Of a stretch of DNA of 33,783 bases, positions 9,619 to 19,464 are shown piece by piece. The stretch's first letter is position 1. Each line of letters opens with the position of its first letter. Position numbers and translations under genes: made by a program. Location of the stretch: assembly GCA_964541325.1 (NCBI GenBank), contig CAZIQX010000004.1, positions 5,198 through 38,980 on the forward strand. Direction: 5' to 3'. The notes beneath the pieces were generated by a model that ran no database searches, had not been told where the DNA came from, and was given only the letters and a program-made list of their open reading frames with translations. This DNA is from an uncultured Chitinophagales bacterium (lineage in GTDB: Bacteria > Bacteroidota > Rhodothermia > Balneolales > M1805).

Positions 9619-10524
9619 ATGAAAACACCAGCAAACTTCGCAAAATTTTGGTTACCAATCATTGCTTTAAGCATGGTATCCGTAGCTTGTAACGACGATT
9701 CAACAAACGTTAATGAAATATCTGAAGCCGATTTAGAATATGCCGCTGCTGTTGTTGGCGCAAGTCTATCCGATGAAACCGATGGCTTTATGGCATCTGC
9801 CTACGATGCAACAGCAAATGTAGGTAGTGATGGATTAAGTTATGGAAGTGGTCTTGCAAAACGTGGAGACGAGCACCAAACAGACCGCGGAGCAATGAGA
9901 AATGCCTCCTACAGCTACGATCCCGCAACGGGAACACATTCAATTTCAGTTGAACGTAACATGAGTAACGCACGTATTACCAAATCGCTCAGCATTGCCA
10001 TGAAACACATCTTTACCCATGAAAGTGGAGCATTTGTGGTTCAACCGCGCGTAAATAAAGACTCTGTAAACTCCATTTACTTTACTTCTTCCAAGTCCGG
10101 TTCTGAAGAATCAGCACACAGAGATGGTGAATTTACCCGCATCGATACTCTTTCTATGAGTGGTTTATCAAGTGCAGCCACAACATTAGTGATGAATGGT
10201 TCACATTATGGCAACGGAGCCATGACTGTAACCACTCGCGAAGGTGCCACTTTAAATCGTTATCACGACGTATTCATCAAATTAACTGATGTTACCATCG
10301 ATAAAGAAACGGTACGTGCCAATGAAAACCTTGAAGAAGGCGTTACAGGAACAATTGATTATAAAATGGTGAGCTACAACTCCGCAAAAGACGATGAAGA
10401 AGTAGTAGTTGAAGGTTCAATTACCATGACCGGCGACGGCACTGCACTCATGAACTTTAAAGGCTTTGCTAAACGCGCCATCATCAATTTGCAAAACGGA
10501 GAGTTCAGCATCAACAACAATTAA
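9619..10524 (+). CDS. Hypothetical lipoprotein
   Basis: The signal peptide carries a lipobox (SMVSVA-C NDD). No family is recognised. A strong terminator follows. Confidence 0.6.
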   Translation: MKTPANFAKFWLPIIALSMVSVACNDDSTNVNEISEADLEYAAAVVGASLSDETDGFMASAYDATANVGSDGLSYGSGLAKRGDEHQTDRGAMRNASYSYDPATGTHSISVERNMSNARITKSLSIAMKHIFTHESGAFVVQPRVNKDSVNSIYFTSSKSGSEESAHRDGEFTRIDTLSMSGLSSAATTLVMNGSHYGNGAMTVTTREGATLNRYHDVFIKLTDVTIDKETVRANENLEEGVTGTIDYKMVSYNSAKDDEEVVVEGSITMTGDGTALMNFKGFAKRAIINLQNGEFSINNN

Positions 10525-10566
10525 GTGAGATGATGCATACACAACAAGTAACACAATAATCCCCCC

Positions 10567-10600
10567 AAGCCCTCAAAGCGCCACTTTGAGGGCTTTTTTT
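10567..10600 (+). terminator. Rho-independent terminator downstream of the 9619..10524 lipoprotein gene
   Basis: Stem gccctcaaag (10569-10578) pairs with ctttgagggc (10584-10593), with a 5-nt loop and a T7 run (10594-10600). It overlaps the cutA stop on the opposite strand. Confidence 0.8.
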
Positions 10601-10916
10601 ATGCCATAGTTTCTGAAAGAATCCAATTAAGATAGGGTTGATGGGCATGCGTAATGGGAAATGCAATAACACAAGGTACTTCGTAGGAATGTATCTCAAC
10701 AATACAGGATTTAAGGGCTTCAAATTGAGCTTCTGTAGTTTTGAAAAACAATACCACTTCAGAATCTTCTACAATCTCCCCCTTCCAACGGTAAATAGAT
10801 TGCATGGTTGGAATGATGTTTGCACAGGCTGCTAATCGCTTTTCTATCGCAGTTTTGCCGATTTCTTGAGCTTGTTGAACACTTGAACAGGTACAATACA
10901 CAAAAAGAGTTTGCAT
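10599..10916 (-). CDS. cutA: Divalent-cation tolerance protein CutA
   Basis: The CutA1 pattern is present throughout: KRLAACANIIP.MQSIYRWKGEI..DSEV.L..KT....F..L...I...HSYEVP.... The track start at 10928 is TTG. I prefer the ATG at 10916..10914 (MQTLFVYCT...). Confidence 0.85.
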   Translation of the reverse strand: MQTLFVYCTCSSVQQAQEIGKTAIEKRLAACANIIPTMQSIYRWKGEIVEDSEVVLFFKTTEAQFEALKSCIVEIHSYEVPCVIAFPITHAHQPYLNWILSETMA

Positions 10917-11005
10917 AGATAAAACCAAAATTGCCGTATTTCTAAATTTTAGTTAACTTTATCGTTCTAAATGTTTTTTGATAGCTTATCCAAAAACATT
11001 CTTTA

Positions 11006-11090
11006 GCGAGAGTGGCGGAATTGGTAGACGCGCTAGATTTAGGATCTAGTACCTAGCGGTGTAGGGGTTCGAGTCCCCTCTCTCGTACCA
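11006..11090 (+). tRNA. tRNA-Leu, anticodon UAG, class II (long variable arm), with an encoded CCA
   Basis: The cloverleaf was folded by hand. The acceptor stem GCGAGAG pairs with CTCTCGT (G1-U72). The anticodon stem CTAGA/TCTAG carries the loop TT-TAG-GA. The long variable arm is ACCTAGCGGTGT. The T arm is AGGGG-TTCGAGT-CCCCT, followed by discriminator A and CCA. Confidence 0.9.
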
Positions 11091-11141
11091 CATCTTTTCA
11101 GAATGAATGTAACATTCCACCTTTAAATAGTACACAATTCC

Positions 11142-12425
11142 GTGAACATTACAGTTAACGACCTTTCCTCTGTTGATAAAGAAATCATCCTCACAGCAAC
11201 AAGAGAAGAATTAGCGCCTGCATTTGATAAAGCGTACAAAAAATTTAGCAAACAAGTTAATCTCCCCGGGTTCAGAGCCGGTAAAGCTCCTCTAGATTTA
11301 ATCAAAAAACGTTATGGCCGAGATATCGAACTCGATGAAGTTCGCAATTATGTACTCGACGTTTACAATGATAAGATTCTCGAAGAATACAAGCCTATGG
11401 GCGAAAGCGACTTCAAAGAAGTGAGCTGGGAAAATGATCAATTAAAAGCGGTAATCCTTGTAGGTATTGAACCAAAATTTGAGTTAGTCGACTTATCAAG
11501 CATTGAAATTGATCGCATGATTTATGACGTTAGCGACGACGATGTAAACAAAGAAATTGATTACTTACTCGAAAAAGAAGGTACATGGAACGTTGTTGAA
11601 CAGGCTGCAACTGAGGATAGTTTGATTGTAGCAGATGTTTTCAGCAAAGATCATGATGGCAATTTAATTGATGGCGATGTGGATCCTGATCAGGAATTTA
11701 ACTTGCGCGACCCCAAAAATGCGGAGTATAAGCCATTTTTATTAGGTAAAGTTGCCGGTGATGAAGTAGATGCGGAAATTAAACATGGTGACCATGCTCA
11801 CTTATACAAATTGGTCATCAAATCAGTTAAAGCACTAACTAAGCCTGAGCTTTCAGAAGAATTAATTGAAAAATTCAGTAACGGTCAGTACAAATCTGAA
11901 GAAGATTATCGTGCATTTTTAAAGAGCCGCGTACAGGAATATTATGACCAAACCGCAGAAACCATGCTTAAAAATGAGTTATCTGACGCTTTGGTAAATG
12001 CACACGAATTTGAGGTTCCGGAAACCTTGCAAACCATGCTCATTAAGCGTTACTTGGATGATATGCGTCAACGCTACAACATCAAACAAGAATTAGATTT
12101 TCAAGCGTATCGCTCCATGTACACTGAAAAAGCAATAAAAGACGCTAAATGGTATTTTATCAACCAAAAATTAGCTGAAAAATTTGCTGCTGATATTGAA
12201 TTAAACGAGGCTGATGTTGATGCCTTCTTGGAAAAACAAGCCTTACAAATGGGATATCCGGTTGAAATTCTTAAAAACGCATACGCTTCAAATCCCGGTG
12301 AATTAGAAAATTTAAGACTTCAAATTCGTGAAGAAAAAGTGTATGATAAAGCTCTCGAAATCGTTAAAATAAACGATCTCAGTAAAGAAGCTTATCAAGA
12401 AAAACACAACCCGAAGTCTGAATAA
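11142..12425 (+). CDS. tig: Trigger factor
   Basis: 427 aa, in the canonical position upstream of clpP-clpX. The N-terminal ribosome-binding region carries the GFRAGKAP motif (GFRxGxxP). The start is a forced GTG at 11142, because there is no upstream in-frame ATG. Confidence 0.9.
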   Translation: MNITVNDLSSVDKEIILTATREELAPAFDKAYKKFSKQVNLPGFRAGKAPLDLIKKRYGRDIELDEVRNYVLDVYNDKILEEYKPMGESDFKEVSWENDQLKAVILVGIEPKFELVDLSSIEIDRMIYDVSDDDVNKEIDYLLEKEGTWNVVEQAATEDSLIVADVFSKDHDGNLIDGDVDPDQEFNLRDPKNAEYKPFLLGKVAGDEVDAEIKHGDHAHLYKLVIKSVKALTKPELSEELIEKFSNGQYKSEEDYRAFLKSRVQEYYDQTAETMLKNELSDALVNAHEFEVPETLQTMLIKRYLDDMRQRYNIKQELDFQAYRSMYTEKAIKDAKWYFINQKLAEKFAADIELNEADVDAFLEKQALQMGYPVEILKNAYASNPGELENLRLQIREEKVYDKALEIVKINDLSKEAYQEKHNPKSE

Positions 12426-12430
12426 GACCT

Positions 12431-13081
12431 ATGCAACACAAACAGCCCCTTATTGACACCAACTACGGCGGTTTAACGGAACTGCAAAGCAATTTAATCC
12501 CTATGGTTATTGAAACCACAAACCGTGGGGAACGCGCTTATGATATTTATTCTCGTCTTTTAAAAGATCGAATTATCATTTTAGGTACTCCGATTAATGA
12601 TGCTATTGCAAGTAATGTAATTGCACAAATGCTCTTTTTAGAATCGGAAGACCCCGAAAAAGACATCTATTTATACATCAATAGTCCAGGTGGCGTTGTA
12701 AGTTCCGGATTGGCGATTTATGATACCATGCAATACGTTAAATGCGATGTGGCTACAATTTGTATTGGGATGGCAGCTTCCATGGGAGCGATTCTATTAA
12801 CAGCCGGAGCTAAAGGAAAACGTTCAGTGTTGCCGAACTCTCGTGTCATGATTCATCAACCGATGGGTGGAACTCAGGGTCAGGCTTCAGATATTGAAAT
12901 CGAAGCTCGAGAAATTATTCGTACCAAAAAAACCTTGAACGAAATTTTAGCAAATCACTCAGGTCATACCGTTGAAGAAATTGAACGCGATTCTGACCGT
13001 AATTACTGGTTAGATGCCAATGAAGCATTAACCTATGGTTTAGTTGACCGCCTATTAGAGCGTAAACCTAAAAGCAAATAA
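12431..13081 (+). CDS. clpP: ATP-dependent Clp protease proteolytic subunit
   Basis: [28 protein letters not shown], the catalytic GMAASMGA (Ser) and MIHQP (His) are all canonical ClpP motifs. Confidence 0.97.
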   Translation: MQHKQPLIDTNYGGLTELQSNLIPMVIETTNRGERAYDIYSRLLKDRIIILGTPINDAIASNVIAQMLFLESEDPEKDIYLYINSPGGVVSSGLAIYDTMQYVKCDVATICIGMAASMGAILLTAGAKGKRSVLPNSRVMIHQPMGGTQGQASDIEIEAREIIRTKKTLNEILANHSGHTVEEIERDSDRNYWLDANEALTYGLVDRLLERKPKSK

Positions 13082-14328
13082 TGTCGAATAGAGATCAACA
13101 CATTCACTGTTCCTTTTGTGGTCGCTCCAGTTTTGAAGTATCAAGCATGGTTGCAGGGCCCGACGTATATATTTGCGACCGTTGTATTGCTGATGCAAAT
13201 GCAATTGTTGAGCAAGAATTAGCAGCTAAATCCAAACGTCGTTCATCACAATACAAACCGGTTTCTAAACCCGTCGAAATTAAAGCCAAATTGGATGAAT
13301 ACGTAATTGGTCAAGACCACGCTAAAAAGACTTTGTCTGTTGCCGTATATAACCACTACAAACGGGTAAACTTAGGGTTATCTCGTTCTATTGATGAAGT
13401 AGAAATTGAGAAAAGTAATATCTTGCTTTTAGGACCTACAGGTTCAGGTAAAACCTTATTGGCTCGAACATTAGCCTCTATTATCGATGTGCCTTTTACA
13501 ATTGCCGATGCTACTGCATTAACAGAGGCCGGATATGTAGGCGAAGATGTTGAAAGCATACTATCCAATTTGTTACAACAAGCCGATTACGATTTAGATC
13601 GTGCTCAGCGAGGTATCATTTATATTGATGAGATCGATAAAATTGCTCGTAAAAGTGATAATCCTTCCATAACCCGTGATGTATCCGGTGAAGGAGTTCA
13701 ACAAGCTTTATTAAAAATGCTTGAAGGAACAACGGCAAATGTTCCTCCTAAAGGCGGGCGTAAGCATCCTGAACAACAGTTCATTCAAGTAAACACCAAA
13801 AACATTTTATTCATTGTTGGTGGCGCCTTTGATGGACTAGCAGAGATTATTTCCCGAAGACTTTCTGTTTCAACGATGGGATTTCATACGCAGGAGCAGG
13901 TTAAATACGATAAAAACGATCCTGAAATTTTCACCTATGTTGAACCAGAAGATTTACAGCGTTTTGGATTGATTCCTGAGCTTATAGGTCGCTTACCGGT
14001 TATTTCCGGATTGCATGAGCTCGATCAAAAAGCCATGATTCAAATTTTAACTGAACCTAAAAATGCCATTACCAAACAATATCAACGCTTGTTTGAAATG
14101 GAAAATGTAACGCTCGAGTTTGAAGAATCCGCTTTAAAAGCAATTGTGGAAAAAGCCCTCGAACGCAAAACCGGTGCTCGTGGATTACGTTCTATCATGG
14201 AAAAAGCTATGTTGGATATCATGTTCACTCTTCCAACACTAAGCAATGTTGAACGTTGCATTATTACCGAAGCAACGATTCGGGAACAAGCCCCACCCAT
14301 GTATGTTAAGCGAAAAGCAACTGCATAA
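13081..14328 (+). CDS. clpX: ATP-dependent Clp protease ATP-binding subunit ClpX
   Basis: It has the N-terminal zinc finger CSFCGR...CDRC, Walker A GPTGSGKT, Walker [10 protein letters not shown] and the GARGLR sensor. The start overlaps the clpP stop (TAATG). Confidence 0.97.
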   Translation: MSNRDQHIHCSFCGRSSFEVSSMVAGPDVYICDRCIADANAIVEQELAAKSKRRSSQYKPVSKPVEIKAKLDEYVIGQDHAKKTLSVAVYNHYKRVNLGLSRSIDEVEIEKSNILLLGPTGSGKTLLARTLASIIDVPFTIADATALTEAGYVGEDVESILSNLLQQADYDLDRAQRGIIYIDEIDKIARKSDNPSITRDVSGEGVQQALLKMLEGTTANVPPKGGRKHPEQQFIQVNTKNILFIVGGAFDGLAEIISRRLSVSTMGFHTQEQVKYDKNDPEIFTYVEPEDLQRFGLIPELIGRLPVISGLHELDQKAMIQILTEPKNAITKQYQRLFEMENVTLEFEESALKAIVEKALERKTGARGLRSIMEKAMLDIMFTLPTLSNVERCIITEATIREQAPPMYVKRKATA

Positions 14329-14355
14329 AAAAGCCCGGAAATCCGGGCTTTTTTT
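14327..14355. terminator. Bidirectional rho-independent terminator between the convergent clpX and 14359..15183 genes
   Basis: Stem gcccgg (14333-14338) pairs with ccgggc (14343-14348). It is flanked by an A6 run upstream and a T7 run downstream, so it gives a U-tract on either strand. Confidence 0.8.
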
Positions 14356-14358
14356 GTT

Positions 14359-15183
14359 TTATTGAGCTTTGAACTTGTTCAAAAAATCTCGCATATCCTG
14401 AATTAAGAGTCCGAGTTCGTTTCGCAATTCAAATAATCGGGTGTAAAGAGCCGGATATTCGCGTTCGGTGATAATTCCATCGTTTTTTAGCACTCGAATC
14501 AACTCCAATGCTTTATTCGCATGTTTTATAGCTCGCTTACAATATGTGATAATTGCACCAATATAGGTTACTTCCTCATGGTTGAACGCCAGTGCACCGG
14601 CTATTCGTGACGTTGTTTGAACCACTTCCTGCATAAAATCGAGATAGGTTTGCGAAAGTAAGGCATCAGGGTACTCGATAGAACGTTTTAAAAAGTACAA
14701 ACTAATTTCCCTCGACTCATCATAGACAAAATAAGTATCAAAAGGGTCTGTTTCTTGCCAATACGCTTCTATGATCTCTTCATCAGTCAGACTTTCTTTC
14801 CATTCTTCCCCTTCATCGAGATCGTCATCTTCTAACTCTTCAAACAACTCTAAATCTTCTCCGGGATCGAAGATATAGGCGTCCGTTTCTTCGTCGGACT
14901 CACCTTCTAATGGTTCATAGGTTAGGAAAATATCTTCGTCCACATCATCATCTTCCCCAAGTTCGTCAACATCGTCGGGGAAATAGGCTTCTTCGTAGGA
15001 AAGTTCATCATCAATGTAGCTTTCCAATGCCGATTCTACATCTTCATATTCTTTGAGAAAACGCAACCAAACCGGTTCGCTTTCGCCCCAGGAACTGTTT
15101 ACAAACAATTTTCGCTTTCCGGAAATTCGCTCCATTTCATTCAGATGAGCTTCCCAGCGATGTTCATCCCATAAAGATTCCAT
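14359..15183 (-). CDS. Hypothetical protein with a hyper-acidic central region and a helical C-terminal domain
   Basis: 274-aa ORF with an ATG start, bracketed by terminators on both sides. About half of residues 56-136 are D/E. No family is recognised. Confidence 0.6.
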   Translation of the reverse strand: MESLWDEHRWEAHLNEMERISGKRKLFVNSSWGESEPVWLRFLKEYEDVESALESYIDDELSYEEAYFPDDVDELGEDDDVDEDIFLTYEPLEGESDEETDAYIFDPGEDLELFEELEDDDLDEGEEWKESLTDEEIIEAYWQETDPFDTYFVYDESREISLYFLKRSIEYPDALLSQTYLDFMQEVVQTTSRIAGALAFNHEEVTYIGAIITYCKRAIKHANKALELIRVLKNDGIITEREYPALYTRLFELRNELGLLIQDMRDFLNKFKAQ

Positions 15184-15225
15184 AGAAAGAGGTTTAGTTG
15201 ATGTGAGTTTATGAAAATAGTATCT

Positions 15226-15256
15226 AAAAAAAGAATCCCTTTTTTAAAGGGATTCT
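15226..15256 (-). terminator. Rho-independent terminator of the divIVA-PNP transcription unit; it overlaps the last PNP codons
   Basis: On the minus strand, stem agaatcccttt/aaagggattct (15232-15242 with 15246-15256) has a 3-nt loop. It is followed by a U7 tract (plus-strand A run 15226-15232). Confidence 0.75.
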
Positions 15257-16083
15257 AATACGCCAACAATAATTTTAGTCATTTTGGGTTGCGCCACATC
15301 AGCAGCGGCTAGAATATCTGCCATAGCTACGGGTTCGAGTGCATCAGGGAAACACTCATCGGTAATTACGCTAAAACCAAGTACTTTCATACCGCCATGA
15401 ACCGCAGCAATAACTTCAGGAACGGTGCTCATTCCAACTACATCAGCACCTAAACCACGTAAAAAACGATATTCGGCCTTAGTTTCGAGATTAGGCCCGG
15501 TAACTGCTACGTACACACCGTGATGCATACGAATAGCATTTGACAAGGCTACTTTTTCAGCTAATTCAATTAAATCGAGGCTGTACGGCTCGCTCATATC
15601 GGGAAAACGCGGTCCGATTTCATCATCGTTAGGACCAATTAATGGATTGTCGCCCAATAGGTTGATGTGGTCGTTTATACACATTACATCACCGCGACGG
15701 AAAAGTGGATTCATTCCACCTGCAGCATTTGATACAATCAGTGTTTTTGCTCCATTTGCTTGTAAAACTCTCAATGGAAACACAATTTGTTGCATGCTAT
15801 AGCCTTCATAGTAATGAAAACGACCTTGCATAGCTACTACTTTTTTTCCACCTAAGGTTCCAAAAAGTAACCGACCTGCATGGCTTTCCACCGTAGAGGT
15901 TGGGAAATGTGGAATTTGGTCGTATGGGATTTCCGTTTCAATAGTAATTTGCTTTACCAAGTCACCTAAACCGGTTCCCAAAATCACTAAAAATTCGGGG
16001 CGAGCATCCGTTTTAGATTGAATAAATTGTAAGGCTTCGGCACGTTTAGCTCTGAATTGAGCTACAGTATCAAACGATTTCAT
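15244..16083 (-). CDS. Purine nucleoside phosphorylase (trimeric PNP/MTAP family)
   Basis: GRFHYYEGY, the SNAAGG block, GPRF and MSTVPE are typical of PunA-type PNP. Confidence 0.9.
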   Translation of the reverse strand: MKSFDTVAQFRAKRAEALQFIQSKTDARPEFLVILGTGLGDLVKQITIETEIPYDQIPHFPTSTVESHAGRLLFGTLGGKKVVAMQGRFHYYEGYSMQQIVFPLRVLQANGAKTLIVSNAAGGMNPLFRRGDVMCINDHINLLGDNPLIGPNDDEIGPRFPDMSEPYSLDLIELAEKVALSNAIRMHHGVYVAVTGPNLETKAEYRFLRGLGADVVGMSTVPEVIAAVHGGMKVLGFSVITDECFPDALEPVAMADILAAADVAQPKMTKIIVGVLESL

Positions 16084-16103
16084 ACGTTTAGTTTCGTTAG
16101 TGA

Positions 16104-16730
16104 TTAATCTAATTGATCGATGATAGCATCCACATCGTCCATACCCGGTACAATCGGACTATCTTCTCGAGTGATTTGCTGTTTTAACTTAGTTGAGCTT
16201 GCCATTCGTTCTCTATTTGGCACTTTTGTTTGCTCAGAATTTGATTCTTGATCTTCGCGGGGCAATTGGTACAAGCCTGAATCATCGCGATTAAATGCAT
16301 TTAAAGATTCATTAGCCATTTCCAAATATGAGCGGATACCACGAATAATTTCCTCACGTCGATCGAGTAAACGAATTACACTTTGGCGAACATGTTGCCG
16401 CTGTTGACGTGCTTCCCGTAGCATATTTTCAGCTTCCATTTCGGCTTTTTCTACCCGACTGCGGGCTTCCTTTTTTGCTTGTTCGATACGCTGTGTAGCC
16501 GAATCTTTAGCCGTTTGCAACGTTTCGTGTAAAGCTGACTCCACTCGCTCATAATGATGAAGGCGCTCCTGTAATCGTTGAATGGTATTTTCCAACTCAC
16601 GATTTTTACCCACCAAATGCTCCCATTCAGTGGCCATAACGCTTAAAAAGGCGGTTACTTCACCAACATCGTAACCCCGAAGTGTACGTTCAAATTTCTG
16701 TTGCTTTATTTCGAGTGCAGTAAGTTTCAT
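16104..16730 (-). CDS. divIVA: DivIVA-domain protein
   Basis: The N-terminus [29 protein letters not shown] is the DivIVA lipid-binding domain signature. A long coiled coil follows. It lies 20 nt upstream of the PNP gene. Confidence 0.85.
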   Translation of the reverse strand: MKLTALEIKQQKFERTLRGYDVGEVTAFLSVMATEWEHLVGKNRELENTIQRLQERLHHYERVESALHETLQTAKDSATQRIEQAKKEARSRVEKAEMEAENMLREARQQRQHVRQSVIRLLDRREEIIRGIRSYLEMANESLNAFNRDDSGLYQLPREDQESNSEQTKVPNRERMASSTKLKQQITREDSPIVPGMDDVDAIIDQLD

Positions 16731-16788
16731 ACGTTTTTTCGACTCAGATCAGAAGTGAAGATTAGTCGGGAATCTAAAGGCTTTACAC

Positions 16789-16826
16789 AAAAAAACCCAA
16801 GCCGGAATTGATTTTTCCAACTTGGG
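16789..16826 (-). terminator. Rho-independent terminator after the 109-aa membrane protein gene, separating it from divIVA
   Basis: The minus-strand RNA forms cccaaguugg (16826-16817) paired with ccggcuuggg (16805-16796). This is a 10-bp stem with two G-U pairs, followed by U7 (plus-strand A run 16789-16795). Confidence 0.7.
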
Positions 16827-16856
16827 TGCAAATATACAGATTCCCTGTGCAGTGAT

Positions 16857-17186
16857 TTATTTTTTCTCGCCTAACATGTTTTTTAAGCGTGTAGTTTCTT
16901 TGTTACTATCTATATCGGGTTGTTGCAAACTCTCCTGTTTTTTGGATTGTGCCGGTATGTGGAGCGAATCAGTTGATTTTTTCTGATCCAGGGCATCTAA
17001 ACGCTGAAAAACTTGCTTTTTAAATTGAATGTAATCCTCAAAAAATTTCTCGTTTAATGCGTTCGAACCTGATTTTCTATCGATCCATTTATCTACAATT
17101 TTAAAAACGGAGGTCATTGCTGTGAGTAGAATTGCAGCCCCGCTTCCAATAGCAATAATGGCAACAACCATTTCCTCGCCGGTCAT
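16857..17186 (-). CDS. Small bitopic membrane protein (N-terminal TM helix plus a coiled-coil/charged tail), uncharacterised
   Basis: 109 aa. The TM segment is VVAIIAIGSGAAILLTAMTSVF, followed by a heptad-like stretch FFEDYIQFKKQVFQRLDALDQK and a K/E/Q/S-rich tail. Confidence 0.55.
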   Translation of the reverse strand: MTGEEMVVAIIAIGSGAAILLTAMTSVFKIVDKWIDRKSGSNALNEKFFEDYIQFKKQVFQRLDALDQKKSTDSLHIPAQSKKQESLQQPDIDSNKETTRLKNMLGEKK

Positions 17187-17219
17187 ATCTGTTCCTTTTA
17201 TTTGGTGAAAAACATTGAA

Positions 17220-17471
17220 TTATGCTTTATTTCGGCGGTCTGTATCGTAGTTACTTGCCGAATTGTTTCGTTCGCCCCAAACATCGTCTGTATCGGCAGT
17301 TACAATTGCTTCAAGATGCTGAATGCGTTCTTTTAAATGAGCAAGTTCTTCTTTCGCATTACTCAGCTCTTTCTCGATTGTTGATTTCCTAACCATATTT
17401 CTGGTTTTTATGTAATCAAAAAACAACATGGCGGTTAAAAATGCCGACATAAAAAGTAAAAACTGAAACAT
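17220..17471 (-). CDS. Small bitopic membrane protein, PspB-like (TM helix plus a short coiled coil)
   Basis: 83 aa with the TM segment FQFLLFMSAFLTAMLFFDYI. Its stretch AHLKERIQHLEAIVTAD resembles E. coli PspB KRMRERIQALESILDAE, which I am quoting from memory. The overall size and topology also match PspB. Confidence 0.5.
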   Translation of the reverse strand: MFQFLLFMSAFLTAMLFFDYIKTRNMVRKSTIEKELSNAKEELAHLKERIQHLEAIVTADTDDVWGERNNSASNYDTDRRNKA

Positions 17472-17529
17472 GGCTTCTCCTTAAATCAGGGTAAAATTGC
17501 TGATTTCTTCTTAATTGAACAAGTTTGAT

Positions 17530-18237
17530 TTACTCATTGTAACTCCGGTGACCAAATAAAGCCGTTCCAACTCGAATCATGGTAGCCCCTTCCTGTATGG
17601 CCACTTCCAGGTCGGCGGTCATTCCCATTGAAAGTTCTGTTAAATGAATGTTTTCGGATTGCACCTCATGTTTGTAAAGCTTCAGCAAATCTGCAAGTAG
17701 TTTGAATTGAGGTCTCACCTGCTCAGGTTCGGCTTCGAGCGAAGCAATTCCCATTAATCCACGCAAATGAACATGCGGACAATCCTTCATTTTCTTAAAG
17801 AATTCAGGTAATTCATCCGGTTCACATCCGCTTTTTTGGTCTTCATCGCTGATATTCACCTGTACTAATACATGTACAATCCGGTTGAGTGGTTTTAAGC
17901 GTTTTTCAAGCTCATCTAAATAGCTCACCTTCGAAATCGAGTGAATCCAATTTACTCTAGGAGCCAAATATTTAATTTTATTGGATTGCATTGCCCCAAT
18001 CATGTGCCATTCGATATCAGGCTTTTCGAATTCTTCCCATTTACCAACCATCTCCTGAACTTTATTTTCTCCAAAAGCACGTTGACCCAACTCATAAAAG
18101 TCTATAACTGCTTGCACAGGATGCGTTTTACTTACTGCAATTAACCGAATATCAGCCGGATTTCTACCACTATCCAAAGCTGCTTGTTTGATTCTTTGTT
18201 GAAGATGATTTAGGCGTTCCGCGTACGTTTCCATCAT
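17530..18237 (-). CDS. yggS: YggS-family pyridoxal-phosphate homeostasis protein (YlmE)
   Basis: RLIAVSKT (PLP lysine), FGENKVQE, WHMIG..QSNK, LSMGMT.D...AI..GATMIRVG..LFG. The track start at 18285 is TTG. The tandem ATG ATG at 18237/18234 gives a protein of typical YggS length. Confidence 0.9.
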   Translation of the reverse strand: MMETYAERLNHLQQRIKQAALDSGRNPADIRLIAVSKTHPVQAVIDFYELGQRAFGENKVQEMVGKWEEFEKPDIEWHMIGAMQSNKIKYLAPRVNWIHSISKVSYLDELEKRLKPLNRIVHVLVQVNISDEDQKSGCEPDELPEFFKKMKDCPHVHLRGLMGIASLEAEPEQVRPQFKLLADLLKLYKHEVQSENIHLTELSMGMTADLEVAIQEGATMIRVGTALFGHRSYNE

Positions 18238-18391
18238 TATTGGTTTACTAATTTTTGAATTTCCATTCCTTTTAAAACTACCCAAAAAACGCTATATTTC
18301 CATCCTTGCAACTTTTTGAGATGATTTATAATACAAAAACTCATTATTGCTCTGTGACACCGGCCCGGGGAGGGGCTAAGCGCTTAAGGTT

Positions 18392-19459
18392 ATGATGATA
18401 ACCGTGCGTCATATCACAGAATTCCTTGAACATCGGGCTCTTCCGAGTTTAAAACTTTCCTACGACAATGTAGGCTTACAAACAGGCAGTTTTGACGCAT
18501 CAATAACCGGCATTTTAACCACTATCGATTTAACGGATGCCGTAATTGATGAAGCTATTGCAAAAAAAGCTAATTTGATAATTGCTCATCATCCATTGAT
18601 ATTCCCCCATATTGCTGCTATAAATACCGATTCTGAAAACGGTCGTTTATTGATCAAGCTTATCAAAAATGATATCAATCTTTTTGTTAGCCATACCAAT
18701 TTAGATTCTATTCGTGGTGGAGTGTCCTTTGTTTTAGCAGAAAAGCTCGGTTTGCAATCGCTTGATTTTTTAGCTCCGGCAGAAAGTTTTCTTCAAGAAC
18801 TATTTATCAAATTTCCGATCGAATCTGGGTCAATTGTATCAAAAAGCTTACAAGCTTATTCACAAGCTATACATTATCAATCGAGACACATCGAAAATAA
18901 ATCTGAGTTTGTTCAACTGATTGTTCAGGAGTCTTTTGTTCGTGAAATGTTGAAAACCTTAAAACAAGTTGCTGGCTTAGAACTCATCAAACAACAAACT
19001 ACAATCAGGAATCCGGAATTTGGGTTTGGAGCAATTGGTGAATTACCTGTAAGTAAGCCATTTGATACCGAATCGTTTTTAACCTTTGTAAGTGAACAGC
19101 TCGGTGTTTCTACCTTTCGATTTTCAGGTTCACGTAAACAAATAAAACGCATAGCAGTTTGTGGTGGCTCAGGTGCTAATCTGCTTAAACAAGCTATTCA
19201 ACAAAAAGCGGATGCTTACATAACCGCCGACATTAAATATCACGATTATTTTGTACCCAATTCTGACCTTCTGTTTTTAGATATAGGTCATTACGAGACT
19301 GAACATTTTATAGCAGAATCTCTTCAACGATTACTTACCAAATCGTTTTCGCAGGTTCCGATATTCAAAACGGAGATGAACACCAATCCTATGCAGGTGT
19401 TTGTTCATCCCAAGAATGGAATTAAAACAAACCTATCAAAATCAAAAAAAGCCCAATAA
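18392..19459 (+). CDS. Nif3-like dinuclear metal-centre protein (YbgI/GTP cyclohydrolase I type 2 family)
   Basis: DNVGLQTG, IIAHHPLIF, SHTNLD and a C-terminal GHYETEH. The central inserted domain is typical of the long Nif3 forms. Confidence 0.85.
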   Translation: MMITVRHITEFLEHRALPSLKLSYDNVGLQTGSFDASITGILTTIDLTDAVIDEAIAKKANLIIAHHPLIFPHIAAINTDSENGRLLIKLIKNDINLFVSHTNLDSIRGGVSFVLAEKLGLQSLDFLAPAESFLQELFIKFPIESGSIVSKSLQAYSQAIHYQSRHIENKSEFVQLIVQESFVREMLKTLKQVAGLELIKQQTTIRNPEFGFGAIGELPVSKPFDTESFLTFVSEQLGVSTFRFSGSRKQIKRIAVCGGSGANLLKQAIQQKADAYITADIKYHDYFVPNSDLLFLDIGHYETEHFIAESLQRLLTKSFSQVPIFKTEMNTNPMQVFVHPKNGIKTNLSKSKKAQ

Positions 19460-19464
19460 TACTT

